This document shows, piece after piece, positions 12,776 through 27,242 of a DNA stretch of 64,000 bases; position 1 is the stretch's first letter, and every line of letters begins with the position of its first letter. The DNA comes from Lingula anatina. Lineage: Eukaryota > Animalia > Brachiopoda. The notes under the pieces were generated by a model. That model was not told where the DNA came from and did not search any database. It was given only the letters and a program-made list of their open reading frames with translations. The position numbers were made by a program, and so were the translations under genes. The stretch is from NCBI GenBank assembly GCA_051362555.1, contig CM120641.1, positions 28,526,401-28,590,400 of the forward strand, in the 5' to 3' direction.

Positions 12776-13653
12776 ATGATGCTTGGTACAACAACAGTCC
12801 TTCTGTATGTTATCACAAACTACCTTAAATCAGGTAAGAATAGGGGTAAGTTTTCTTACAACAGTTTGCTTTCTATAGAGATACAAATTAGAATATATAA
12901 CCGTCATTTTAATATTTTTGCCAATAGAACATTTGAAATCTTGCAAAATTTATATAAATGGTTTGTTTAGTTTTGGAAGTCAGATTTTTAAAAATTTTTT
13001 TATGATCCTGAGTATAGTTAAACCTATTGAAATATTTGTGCCATTGCTGTCGATTTCAGGAATATCCAAAGCTCAAAATTTATCCCTTCATAAATGGATT
13101 TATTTGTCAGCACACGCGAAGGGCGAAGAGGAAATTATGCTTTTCCAAGGTATTTATTATTCTGATGCATTAAACACATGCTAAAACGGGGGAGGGGAGG
13201 CATGTTTCAATAAGCGCTAAATAGCTTAAGTCCTATAACCTATATTTGTAAAAGCGTCATTATCTGTCAATTATCTCACCAGTTGCAGAAACTGGAGTGA
13301 AAGACATACCATGCGTAGCAGAGCAACAAAAAATGCACGGAGGCGGAGACGAGGTAAAACCGATGACCAAACAAATGGCAATTAGACAAAGGGCCCATAA
13401 AATAAAATAGTGATATAAGTCAAATTGGTTGTGTACCTTCATCCCTAAATGTTGTTTGTAGTAGAATTAGCCGTGTGTTTCCAATCCCTTGTTGTTTATA
13501 ACCTTGAATCATTTTCAGACGTATGTGGCAATGCTAGGTAACGATTTCCCTCCTGGTCCCACTAAAAGCAATCAAAGAAAGCGAAGACGTGCCCGTATGA
13601 AAGCCATAGAGAAGGACATTCTGGAAGCTGCTGAGGGATGGATTGCTTGTTAG
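12776..13653 (+). CDS. Hypothetical 85-aa spliced microprotein (3 coding exons)
   Basis: Exons 12776-12833, 13289-13353 and 13519-13653 with GT-AG sites and compatible phases (1,0) give MMLGTTTVLLYVITNYLKSETGVKDIPCVAEQQKMHGGGDETYVAMLGNDFPPGPTKSNQRKRRRARMKAIEKDILEAAEGWIAC*. No homology recognised. Confidence 0.45.
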
Positions 13654-14521
13654 TCATTTTCTTTCGATTTTTTCAAGTAACGGTTTCTGGAAAGTCAGAT
13701 TAAGTGTTGCAATCTTCGGTAAAGATGTAACTTTTCGGCGTGCTAGTTGAGTGTCGCGACAGATGTTCCCAGCAAGCACCACTGAGCCCCAAGTCCTCAT
13801 TAGAAGAGACTAATGGGTGTTAAGAGAAGACAAGTGGTCACGTTAAGGATTAAATTCATACGCAAAAGTTGGATGATTTTAATGCTTACGGAAAAACTGA
13901 ATTTCAGTTTTCTGTGATTTATGTTTTGTGTTCCATGTTTTTAATTTTAAAAAGATGTTGTGAACAAAGGTCGCCATATGAATTAAAGGTTCCCAGGACT
14001 GGCATACTTCTTCTGATTATAATACCTTAAAGCAATTGTATACAGAATATAAACTTTTTATAGAAAATTAACAATTAAAAGAAAAATAACAATTTTATAC
14101 CTAAACTTGTTTGATTTATTCTCCGAGCATTAAGCAGGCCTAAACATATTATAACAAGACAAGTTTTACTTTTCACCGAAAGTGGTATAAGGTTGCCTTC
14201 ATCTCACATCAAACACCTTGGATTTCCAGGCTAAACATGATCGTTAAAAGTAACGGTACTATCCACTGCGCGTCCTCTGTGCCAGTTACTGGTATGTCAC
14301 TCTTGCAACAACCCTGAATCCCATAGTAGCTTGTACGTTTATTCATTCACTTAGTACTCCAGCCCATCTGAAATCTCTCTCTGAAACACCGGGTATCACG
14401 GACGTGAATCTTTATAATACACAGGCGCCCTAAAACACTTTTTGATCGGAAAGAATGTACAAAACGGTCCAGACATCGATGCAGTTCTTCTGGCTGTTGT
14501 GGAAAGTCACTTCTGTGTTTA

Positions 14522-17500
14522 TCATTCTGTGCACGTCGGCGGGTTGACGTAACCAAAAACGTTGAATTCTATCATTATGGCAAAGGTGAGAAAAAGACAG
14601 TAAACGCAGATGCAGATAATCCCTAGTTTCTTGTTGAGCACCCATCCTACAAAGTGTATAGCTGCTATCTGTAAGCAGAATGATTAATTCTATGAAAAAA
14701 GACTGGATCGGATTTATTTAAAGGCATTATAGAAATAATGATAAAATTAAAAGGATAGTTCCAACAAATGGAAGAAGAAGAATTGTTAAGAAGTCTACAA
14801 TCATGCAAGATTAAAGAAGCAAAGGTTATACCTATTTTCTACCTATTAGAAAACGGTAAAACCACTCAGGCGGTATCGTGAGTGGTTTTTCCTATTATCA
14901 ATTTGTACAAAAGCTTTGATTCCATATTTGTGCATTTGTTCTGTATCTTGCTGCTTATTGTGCAACCTACCGTAACTATAACAGTGAGGAATAGCAGCAC
15001 TACTGCGAACACCAGGCCGTTGCTGTTGATGTGTACCTAAAAAAGTCAAAACATGTTCAAACTCCCGTCTCATTCCCATGGTGTTTCAAAAATAAAACGC
15101 ATCTAGGATAATTCTCAATTCATAGAAATGTGAAAATACTTTTCTGTCTCTTATTAACGCAGCTAGGTTCACATCAAATATATCTGGAACTTACCCAGTC
15201 AACCAAACACAATTACAAAATAACAGAACTGTATGAGATAAGGACAATTAAGAAAAGTAAATATTTTGATGTATACTTTTTCCAGGCACATGACTTCTTA
15301 TTTACGAAAAAACACGAACTAAAACTAATCAATCTTTTTATGCATCTATTTAAATAGCTATTGATTTTGGAATTACTTTTAATGACTTCCTTACCATAGA
15401 TCCTGCATGTATCATGGCAGTTTTGAGGAACCATGGGAACGCCAGGCCAATCAGGACATCGAATACGTTGCTGCCAATTGTGTTCGATACCGCCATGTCT
15501 CCAAGGCCTAAATGACAGAAAATGTCAGTTTATGTTAGTTCTTGAGCATAAGAAATAATCAGGTTTGAAAATAATGCAGGGCAATCTAGAGATATGTATG
15601 AAAAAGAATGCTAAATAAGTCTATTTTTGGAGCTTCTACACACAAGACGCGTTAAAGTTTGTTATTTGAAAGTCCATAAATTTACTTTCATCAACAGAAA
15701 AACAATTTATTTCCGTTAGCTTCAGTTAATTATACATTAGCAGTTTATCTAAAATTCCAAATCATTTCCGTAGTTTTCACCGTCATATCATATAATAAGT
15801 AACATTCTACAACAGTTTCCCATGAACCATTGCCAAAGCTGTCAACCGGTGACGGTACCTTGCCTAGCCACTATAATACTGGCCATGGCATCGGGAATAC
15901 TGGTCCCTGCTGCGATGAACGTTATCCCCATAATGCTGTCAGGTATGTGCAGGGTAAAACCCACCAATGTCATCTGTAATAACCAACAACAGAAGTCGGG
16001 CATGATAAACTAATATATAAAATAATCCAGACCTTCGCTTCAGTAGCTTAATTGTCATGTTTAATTAGTCAGTTAATACATCATTAAAATCGAGTTGATT
16101 CTACGTTTGCTCATCGCTGACCTATCTGGAAAGTTTTGCCATGATCTGTCCATAACTTCTTGAGTTAGTCTGTTAACTTACGAACGAATTAAGGCAAAAA
16201 TAACCTCTTATATCTACTGAACGTCAGTCTTATTTTTAACTTAAAAGATTTCTCCTGATGGTTCATGATTAGAAAAAGGTGGTTACATTATCTTTTTTAG
16301 TAAGTTTTACTGTGCAGTGGTGCAATTGTAAACCTTTTGTCACGTTATACGAAATTCATATTTTACGAGATCACTTTTTAAGAAGTCACCTCTTACAGTA
16401 TTATTGAAGTATTATTGAAGAACTATCAGCAATTGATTATGAAAAAGGCCTCGGGACTATTAAAAAGAATACATATTGGAAACAGTTCTACCCGCACAGT
16501 TCACAAAATTAAAACTTCATTGACAATTTTATGGAGTAAAATTTTGACGAGGCCCATAGACTCCGTGTTTAATCACACTTTGCAGGATGCACAACCCACC
16601 ATCCACACCATCATGTAGGAAAACATAGCGATCCAAATGATTGAGACGGTAAACGTGAGCATGAACCAGCGCTCCCAGCGTTTTTTCCTGCAGTCAGGAA
16701 TGGTGTAGTAAAGTAATGTGCGCAGTGGATATACCAGACCCCATGTTATATAACACCACCAGTCTGTTCCTGGAGAATAATAAAATAAAATTATAAAATA
16801 AAATAATAAAACCAAGATGATACGGTGTTACGAAACTCACGCCAAATTTTTGAAATCATGATTTTTTTTCAACTAAGCAAAAGTCGTTAAGTAGAGTTTG
16901 ATAGATGTGCCAAGCGATACCAACTCGTCGCAATTGTACAAGGAAAGGCGGTTGATCACAGCTGTGGCAGTTGTGACACATATTACATTGCGTTGGCGTG
17001 CTTACACTGAATTGAGCACAAGTTTATACTAGAACTGACAACAGATATTGGTTGTGAGACCTTTGGGTGGTAAAGTGCGCCATTCGTCTGAGGTATCTTC
17101 TTCTTCCGCTTCGTCAATAGTTAGACTGCAATTTCAAGGTACAATTTAAAAAAATGAGTCTACTATTATTCCAACTACTACTATTTGGCTTTTGGCACTG
17201 AATCCTCGTGAAATATTTAATTTTGGCTTACGTTACAAAATCAGTCATCATTTTTAGAGGTAAATCTAGTACTTAAAATAGAACGCTTCGATAGTTACCA
17301 TGTTTGCAGAGAGTTTTTGAGCGCCCTGTTACTGTACGCTGAGAGAGTACTAGCGTAGGTCAAGTGCTTGAACCTGTGTCTCTTCAAAAAAGCCGCATCC
17401 ATGAGCAAAGCTCGCCTCTGAAAATGATGTGATCATTGATATTTCAAATTCGGAATAAATGTGAAGCCACATTGAACTCGTTATTCTGTTTCATTAAGGT

Positions 17501-18587
17501 AAATATGTCTTCTAATTAATTAATTAACAACTGAACAACAATTAATTAACAACTGAACTGCCGTGAGAACGGGAACGTGATTAAAGCCTAGATTGCATTT
17601 ACACGGGCGCCGTGCGATGAAATTGTCCGTAAAAATTTATTATTATTATTATTTTAATCGTAAGGAGCTACGGGCTACGCCGAGAATGTCTACATTACAT
17701 GGCCTTAAATCAGTACGATTCCGTGCGATTTCGCACCGCCACCGTCTACCTCCGCTCAGACGCCGTGCGAAAAGGGTATTACGGGCGGAATACGTGCACC
17801 GTACGGGCGTCGCATTTCAAATGTAATCTAGACTTAAGCATGCGACCCGTTCTCTGCGAGCAATATGAGACAAATTTGTAAACTAATCGATAAATGAAAT
17901 ATATTATAGCGAACAAGCTAGACTAATGCAGATCTCACGAGAATGACGATAAACTAAATTAACGTGTGCGCCGCTCTAAAGTGTTCCTAATGGTCTTGTT
18001 GAGTATTTGGCTTTGTCCATGATGTAAAGGCGCCATGAAGATGCACGCGGCGCTACAGTTCTGCAGCGCGAAGAAAGAAAAAGGTCACTGAAATTAGCTT
18101 ACCTGAAGGACAACCAGTCGCACGGCGTTTATAAATCTTGTTTTCGTGCGAAATCGTTTCTGTATTAGAAAACGAAAGACAAAGGCTGCGAAACTCCATC
18201 TGAAAAGGTCAAGTAGTTATGAATGCCACTCTACCAACTGAATTGATAAATCACTCAAATTCCAATTCCATCTTATAAAAGCAATTTGGAAACATACTCT
18301 ATAATTTTAGAGTCCAAATCCTAGCCGTCAAATCACAATAAGATAATGCAATAAGGTGGAGCTCACTTACTTGACTTTGCTTTTGGCTACGTAATCATCA
18401 ACATGTATCACATCGTAGAGTCTTGGTGATTTGGGGTCCTCGGTGTCATCTATGTCATCATTAAATCGTTCTAAAACAGAAATGCGTTTTAAATTATTGA
18501 CTATACTCAGCTATTAGATATACCATGAGAAGGAGGTCTGCAGTACGAGTAAGGCGATTACAGAGACAAACAAAAAGACGTACATGA

Positions 18588-18627
<40 letters not shown>

Positions 18628-21600
18628 ACCATAACTACCGTGAAAAGAAATATCTTTCTCCCGAGGTAGTATACTATGGGTCTCCTCTCCCCATCCTAAA
18701 TAAGCTCCTATTTTGTTTGATAACCAGCTGTATATCGTACTATTAAATCTGCAAAAGAAACATTAAATCAATCAAAATCAGGATAAATAACACACAATTC
18801 TCATCATGCTTTCTATAAAATCCAATTGAACTAGACCGTAGTAGATTCAGACGTACCGATATCAGCGTACGACAATATGCAAGGCAAATGAAATTGATAA
18901 AAAAACGGCAGTTCAGCTGACTGCATCACTATGAAGAGGATTCTGCTGACACTCTTCATACTTTTCACCGATACTGAAACGGGTAGGAAAGATGACGGCT
19001 GGTATGATATCATAGATTTAGAATTTTATTTATCTATTTTCTCGTGATTGTGTCACGACTAGAATAACGGGCCGGGACGTTTTTCTAATACATTTTAGAA
19101 TCATTTATTGAATAACGACTGCTATTCGGTGACCATTAATGTTAGAATATATCGAGATAATTGGAAAGATTAAAAAAAAAGGGTATTTGGATATTTAAGC
19201 CTGGTAGATCGACAGAAAGAATTTTAATTCAGCAATGTAATGAGCTTAATGTTGTGTATGATAAAACTGGTCGTTATAAGGTTTGGCAAAGTAATCTGTC
19301 AAATATTTTCGACCTACCTCATTACAAGAATGTAGAGTAGATATACAAATAACATGATGGCCGATTCATACCATTTGACGAAACTATCTGAAATTACCTG
19401 AAACGTAAAAAAAAATCTGCAATACTATATCCTTTTTTTTACGATACCTGATTATTATCAAGAAAATGTTCTACACAAGATATTATCGCACGATGACGAA
19501 AGATGACATTTTCATTTATCATTGGTATTAGATGTGATCACTGAAACATAAAAGACACATTATTTCAAACGAAACGTATGAAATATTTTATTATTCTTAA
19601 GTTATTAGTTACTGGCGGGTTTGGGATACCCAAAAGTGTGAGTGTGTGTGTATGTGTGTGTGTGGGGGGGGGGGGGGGGGGTCTTATATCCGACTATGAT
19701 GTGTATTGAAATCACTTACCGCAATCAAAATGATTACTGATATAGAGTAAAATGTGCAGTCCCTTATCAGTGGCCAGTGAGATAGAGGTACCACCTTAAA
19801 GAAAACAATTCACGGAAAAACACAATTAAATTAATTTCAAAAAGCCGTGTATTTAGGAACATAACTATTTCTCTTTCTTTTTATTTAGTTAACTTTCAAA
19901 AATACAAGGGGTACCCGAGTAAGAGTACCTTTTTTTCAAATAAGGGAATATTTAAATAGAATATACGTCTATTTACTTATTTACAATTAGAATACATTGC
20001 TTCAACACAGTACTATGCACTATACACGATGGCGGCAGCGTTGTATATACCTGAGAGAGAGTGGGGGGGGGGGGGGGGGGGGGGGGGCGGTAAAGGTGTA
20101 CCTACCTGTCCCGCCAGTAAGGCACATATTCCGACAACGAAAAGAATGTTGAATACTGCTGACCCGACAATAGTCCCCACGCCTACATCGCCACGGGTGA
20201 CAAAAACGCCTACATGGAAGAAATTTAAATACAATATTAAAGATAAGGCAAGTATTTATAACATTAAGCAGGGAGTTGATTTTAAATCCTATCCCCAGCG
20301 TTTCGATCACAGTAAATGTCGAACATTTCTACCCTATGCTTGTTAAGAGCCTAGAATATATACCGAAAATTTCAGACAATTTTCTTTATCAAAATCAGAA
20401 TACATGCAGTCTAGATTATTGATAACCACTGAGGGTGGGCAAAACGGAGAAGCGGCGTAATTTTACATAAAAAACTTTCAGTATCTATTAAAGGAAAAAC
20501 GTCGATCTGTTATCAGAAGGAAAGGGACATCCCGTGAAAACACGACGTAAAATACGTTATGACCCCCCCCCCCCCCCCCCCCCCCCAAATAAAACAATTT
20601 TTGCAATATCAGCGATAACTCTCAAGATGAAAGTACCCCATGTGTGGAGACCTTAAGCGCCCTACCAATGATAGACGTGAAGAGCTCAGGAGCAGAACTG
20701 CCGGCAGCCATGAAGGTGGCTCCTGCGACGTCCGCGCTCAGATGGAGTTTCTGGAAATATGAAATAAGAGGTCTTGTCAGACACGCTAGCCTTTTTCATA
20801 TACACATTGATGAACACCTTTTTTTTCATTACAAACTGGGCATAAGAACAAGTAAAATACAAACTCCTCTGTAGAAAGTACACATAAAAGATGTTGTACC
20901 ATTTGCTGTTCACACGTAATTTACAAAAAAGGAAATGGAGGACATTTTTTCATTAGATCTGATTGTACAACGATGGCATAGTTGCGTGCATGTTTTCTTC
21001 AGCGCATGAATAACATGGGTCAATTTCCAAATGGCTGTTTGATGAGAAAAAAACATCTGATGTCTCGGCGCATTGAACGGTGAATTTCTACATAATGATA
21101 TCAAAAAGCAATGCTTTAGGAACATGACTGTTTCTCTTTTCTTTTCTTTCCTTTTTATTCAGTTAACTTCCAAAATCACAATGGATACCTGAGTAAGTAT
21201 CTTTTTTTAATCAGTTAAAATTAGCCCACAGCAATCCAAAAAAGATCAACTCAAAATCACAAGATGACATTTCATCAACAATTATATAGATCTTTTAAAA
21301 TGCTTTACTTCCAAAAGTTCTAAATATCATTAGCAGTGTGTTTACTTAAACAAGTTTTATGTTTATTTAATTGACCATCTTTTCCTCAAAGATTAAATTA
21401 AGGATAAAATATTTTAGAAATGAAAGGAAGGAGAAATGGCGGCCGCGTAACAGCACGGTTGAAGAAGACAATACAAATGCAGTGGCTTAACATTTGAGCC
21501 CCAAAGCGGCCATTAGGCTTTTATTCCATCTTTCCGACTGGAATCCTTCATTGTAAAATATAAAAAAGAATAAAGCATACTAGCAGCCGATCAACTCACT

Positions 21601-24600
21601 CACAAATCAATTACTTTGGCATTAAAATCGATATACCAGAAGACAATGTAAGCACTGGAAAAGTGATAACATAAACAGTACCTCACATATTCTATCCAAT
21701 GATGGAAAAGTGATAACATAAACAGTACCTCACATATTCTATCCAATGATGGAAAAGTGATAACATAAACAGTACCTCACATATTCTATCCAATGATGCC
21801 ACAAAGTAGTCGTCACACACTATGGCCAGGGCAACAAACATATATGCCAGTACCAGACAGTGGATAATAATTGCGCCTTGGGCACGTTGCGTAGATGTGA
21901 ATACATCGCGTGGAAACTCGTGATATGCTGCAGAATAAAACATGAATCAAATGACAGCGTGAATCAAAATAACTGCAGGATAAAAATGTAAAGGAACCTG
22001 CCATTTGGCACAATCGTTGCTACATACTACTCTGTTACACATCGCACTAGTTGTATAGAAAATATTGAATTATTTTACTATATCAGCATTGTACCGAGCA
22101 CATGTTGAATCCGAATGGTGAGGATATTATCTCAATATATTAAACAACCGCATCAAAGCATCACCAGACATCAATAACGTAAGGCACGACGAATGAGTCT
22201 TCCTGCAGAAGTGAGATACCGCAAGAATGCCATTCAAAACAGAAAGCGTGACTATTATCACTAATTTAAGAGATTTGCATTAAATCAAACAAATGTTTTG
22301 CAAAGAGCAGCTTTGATTGATATGGTTGTTTTACTGTGGATGCATTTGAAAATACACGATGCTGTTATCGATTGGCATTTTGATATAATAAGAATGTTGC
22401 AAAATGTTGAAACCTCATCTGAAAGGTTGCAGACACGTCTTTATGATGTATATATTTGTTAATTAAATTTGACTATATACCTCAATGGCATAACAACCAC
22501 ATTACTAAAATGGTAAGGTAATGCAACTACATCATGAGCATTTTCCATCACAATTATACTGCATGCTTCGAATGTTACGACCCCATTGTAATATATAGTG
22601 CGTGGTCGCGCGTTGATGAAAATCGATTCTTACTAACTCACATCAGCCGCGCTAAGATGATCTTAATGTCTTTAATACAACCTGGTATCCTTGAGCGATC
22701 TGATTGAATTAGACGAGGAACATTTGACGGAAGAATGTGAACATTCAGAAACGTTTAAAGTTTGACTACCATCCCATGGGTCAATCTTTACTTATTTCAG
22801 CCTTATAATGTGCTTCGATTTGCAAGTGTTGGTAACCCATAATGCAATTAACTAAATGCATAGTCGCCTATAGTGAAACCCATCTGGCTGCATGGAGAGT
22901 TAAACAGTTTTTCTCCTCTTTATCACTAAAACGCACAGCTAAATAAAAGTTAAACATCAAAACTTGTGATTGAAAATTGCCCTTTCACCCTTTCCATCAG
23001 GGCAGCATAAAGCAATATGGAACGATCGTTTCGCTGGATGATATATTATTGAGATCGAGTTTTCCATTTCCACATCAATAGATAAAATTGACTAATCTCC
23101 ATCTCTGAAGAAGGGTAGTTTGGACTGACTGCTGTATAGAAAATTAGTGTAAATTTATGCTTTTTCCCTGCAGTATAATGACCATTTTGACTTGAATTTA
23201 AAAACAATGAAAAATGATTGCAATGAGAAGAACTTTCCCCTGCGCCTACCTTGCAATAAACCCTTACATACGATCATACAACAGGGCTATCACTAATTGA
23301 ATCGCAATTTTGCAGGCAAATCGCAACAAGTACGATAAAGGCTCTTGACATATACACGCAAAACCTTTTACTGTAATCAGTGCAGTGGACTTTGTACTTT
23401 GATGCTGCTTTCAGTGTACGGGATGGACTGAGAATCCATCGAGACATACATGGCAAGTAGACACATCAAAAACTGTTCGATACTTGGATTTTACTATGTA
23501 AGCCGACCCATAATAACTGAGTGCTTGAAAACTAGAAAAGGGGACACTGTCTCATTGCTAGCCAAACATATGGGTGAGCAAAGGCCCAAACTTACGATGG
23601 AGCCAAGGTGTTTAACGAAAATACAATAGCAACTCAAACCAAACGCCCCTTCTTGATTTTGCTTTTCTGAACTAGAAACCTTCTTTTAATATCCGGCAAA
23701 AACAAATAAGTCCATAATTCAGTGGAAATTAAGTGAAACATTAGAAAGTATCCCGCAAATAAATGTCGTATCAGCGGTATGAGATTTAGACATGTCGTTT
23801 ATCTTAAAACCAAAAAAAAGTCGTCCACGCTTGGTAAATGATTCCCACATTAATCAACTTAAAGGAGACAGTCAATAAAACTATTACTGCTCTATAACTT
23901 GCCCTGTAACATTTCTGAATTATTGTTATGGCTTCTTATTCTAAAATACACCCTAAGCAAAGATAAGAGCACGTACGCTTGTATTCCTGAACTTGGCTCA
24001 GGATAATCTAGAAAAATACCTTGTTAGATCGAAGTATTACATATATGGCACGGATATCTTGTTCGGATAAATTGGACGAATATGGGCACAGATAATTGTT
24101 TATTGGTGAGAAATTGTTGAAGACCGAAGAAAAATCGTTATGGGTACTGAATCAGATATGGCACCTAAGACGATTGATTTTAACCTTTCCTTTGCAGCAT
24201 TAAATGTCATTTTGAAAAGGGGATTATCCAAATATATTAAATCTTAAGTCAGGGACTAGTCTTTTCACAATGCTTCTGAAACCATAAATTCTTAAGAGCA
24301 TTGATAATAGAATATAGAAGTGTTTTTTTTTTATAATTTGCAATAATCTGAGTATTTACAGCATTCTCTTAGATGCGTATTGCATTAAAATGGGTAAAAA
24401 TGAAATCCATAAATTTTTTTTTAAACATTGTTCTTGCCTTAAAACGTGACACTTTAAACAATTGTAAACAATGTGAATCAATGTAGGCCTAAATGTACCA
24501 GCTGGTGTGCACTCCTCCTCGCTGTTATTGGTGGCACTGCCATTTTCAGCATTATTGTAAGCATCGGGTTCACTCAGAAGTCGCCGTCTGGAACTGGACT

Positions 24601-25474
24601 GCAGCAACCCATTCTTCTCACGGTGCCTTGCGCCTAGGCAATTAAGAATTGTAATTAGGTGAGCGTCAGTGCTCCCCAGCCTTTTCTTTTCATGCCTTAT
24701 TAATGCATTCTAGATAAAGTCAATTTATTCTTGAAGATTCGTCCAGTTTTTAATTACAGAGAGTCTAGGTAGTCTAAAAGTCGATTCGAGCAAGCAAGGA
24801 ATGTTAATCGGCAAAATCTTCAAGCGTAATAATGTATGTTAACTTACTCCTCGGCTTAGTCTCTTTTGTCTGAGAAATCAATTTAAGTGTTGGCAAAGCC
24901 GAGTTCATGATTGATGGTACAGAAAGGCATGTAGTGTTACTGAAAGCGTCTAATTTGTATACAGAGAGATGTCTTTTGAAAACCCTTAATAAAAACCTCA
25001 CGAAAGGATCCTTATGTAAACCGTAAGTTACATGTAAGGGACCGACAAACACGATTGAAAAATATGACAAGCAGTTTATTGAAATGGTATATAACGTTCT
25101 TCTAAGGTTGAAACAGTGTAACTAATGTTTCCATCTCATGTACATTAGACGTTAGAAAATTAGACTGAATATGAAATGCAACAAAAACGTGCATTATGAC
25201 ATTTTAGCAATATTGGTATATTAAATACAATAATATCAAAACCATAATATCCAAAACACAACGAAAAAAAATCTTTATTATCTTATTTAATTTTCTTTTA
25301 TCAAATCACTGCTTGAGACTTACCCAATCTTGATTCATTAGTGACATCCGATGGTGGGCTCATCCAATCTCGAATCTGTATTCCAAAGAGAAAGCATACC
25401 GATATTCCAAGCAGAAACGCTTGTCTTAAAGCCAACCTCAATCCTCCTCGACGCCTGAACCTAACCCAACCCAT
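14522..25474 (-). CDS. SLC24A: Sodium/potassium/calcium exchanger (SLC24 family, NCKX3/4/5-like), 17 coding exons
   Basis: Alpha-1 repeat ([61 protein letters not shown]), alpha-2 repeat ([36 protein letters not shown]) and C-terminus [15 protein letters not shown]. Exons include 25474-25324, 24633-24499, 21927-21776, 20750-20666, 20209-20106, 19794-19720, 19397-19318, 18748-18630, ... 15036-14971 and 14668-14522, with compatible phases. Confidence 0.95.
18591..18625. repeat. (CA)n microsatellite
   Basis: Pure CA run abutting the GTAAGT donor of an NCKX exon; it reads (GT)n on the transcript. Confidence 0.95.
21656..21797. repeat. Perfect 47-bp tandem triplication spanning an NCKX exon/intron junction
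   Basis: tggaaaagtgataacataaacagtacctcacatattctatccaatga at 21656, 21703 and 21750. Confidence 0.95.
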
Positions 25475-27242
25475 TCTGAAACCGCCCAAATCAACCAACT
25501 AGCGTCTTCCCCAGCTGTCCTTCGGTTCATGTGTTCCTTCTATTGGTGAAAAATTTTTTGTTTGCCAAATGTCTTTTTCACTATATACAATCGTGCGACA
25601 GGCAAAAGAGATCCGATATGCTGAACTAATATTATTAGGATGATGCATGGAAACTACAGTTCAAGTCGTGCGGTGATTTGATACCCGGTGCCGGCGAGTT
25701 CGATTGCTAATTACTATGCTGCTGCGCTTACATATTACGATGCAGAGATACACCGTCAACAATTGCAATAGTGAGTTTCACATTGGGCACCGACAAGATG
25801 CATTAACGGTACGTTGCCAAGGAGACGAACACCGCGGTGGCGTGTGACATAACGTTTACATACATACTTGGGTTTTAGTCTGCGTTTCTAATGCGTACAT
25901 AACGAATTATCTCTTTTTTTTCGAGCACATCTGACATTCTCATATGAAAACTACTTCAGCTTCATCTTATCATGGAAATATATCGTCTACGATATATTTC
26001 CATCATCTTACAAGGCAATACAGAATTGTGAATATTTTATCGTTTTCGATGAGATCTTTTCGCTAATAAGATCAGTTTGCACTACAATAATCAATGTATC
26101 GATTTCTATATGAACACCAATAGCCGTAGGCTTCAATTTTTTTCTTAACAACACCAAGATGTCTTTTATATGCAGGCTTGACAACTGTCCCCGGAGATGA
26201 TGGATAATGACGCATGATCACCCTGAAAGTAACACCCGGTTGTCAGATCGACTTTAAGGAAGAGTTAATGGCATATTCAATCGAAACTTGACGACATTCA
26301 AGAATTCCTTATTAAAAAACATATGTGCACATGTGAAAGTTTCAGCACACATTGATCATAGTATTGGCAATCTCTCGCTCTCGTCATTTAACGCACTGCA
26401 TCTAATAGATTTTGCTGTCTTTTGGATACATTGTGGTTTAAGTACACTCTAAATCCAGATATTGAGCGCCTTACTCCCAAGGTGCAATAGATGGAAATCA
26501 TTATACAAATCAAAAATCAAATTGCGAGTGTTTTGGTCACTGCTTTAACAGACAATTGCGATTTGTCTGGAACTGACGGATCTAATTTTCGAAGGAGATA
26601 AACTAGGAACATCGCAATGTGATAACGTATCGCTCGTACACGTAGATTCGTTTTGCCAAATAGACCATTAATAACGAACAGAGATTAGGTCTAACCAAAG
26701 CCTGCGTCAAACGGTTGTAAAATCCCATGAAAATAACATTAAGTCCGAAGAGATTCAATGTTTTATCGATTTATTAACCAGTAACGCATGTACGTACATA
26801 CATCAGCATATGCATTTTTCTTTTCACATAAATTAGATTGGACAAGGAAGGTTTTTCTTTCAATTAAATTTCAAAAAAGGTTGAATTTTTCAGCAATTAT
26901 GCCTTTTACTACGGGCAACATGCCCTAAATCACTTTCACAGAATATGCGTTTGCTTGTGTTCATTAATTGCCCACTGCCTCTAATATATTGAGCAAGATT
27001 TACCAGCTCCCCAGGCTTCAGGATTGAGAGCAGCTAAAAGTCAAGTGTACGGCATTCCTCTTAGGCTCTTAGGTCTATTAGCATTTTCCAGTCAAAATGA
27101 CAGGTGGTGGTACATAATCCAAATGGTTTAATTCCCTGCATTTAGACATATAGCAAAATGGGTGATTCAGTTTATTTGGGGATCAATGAACTCACCAATC
27201 CCACTATCGGCCGTCTTGTTTTTTTTTCCAGTGGTTGGTCAG

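Noticed and set aside
14522-14645. Possible frameshift or pseudogenisation of the NCKX last exon (absent from the ORF track)
   Set aside because: Recounting the T-run gives an intact frame [16 protein letters not shown]...NPPTCTE* from the acceptor at 14668.
20062-20088. Long poly-G/poly-C runs (also ~11887, 12043, 19663, 20563, 58808) as functional G-quadruplexes or poly-Pro/Gly coding
   Set aside because: Intronic or intergenic homopolymers that are common throughout the window, several tied to MITEs; lengths may be sequencing-dependent.
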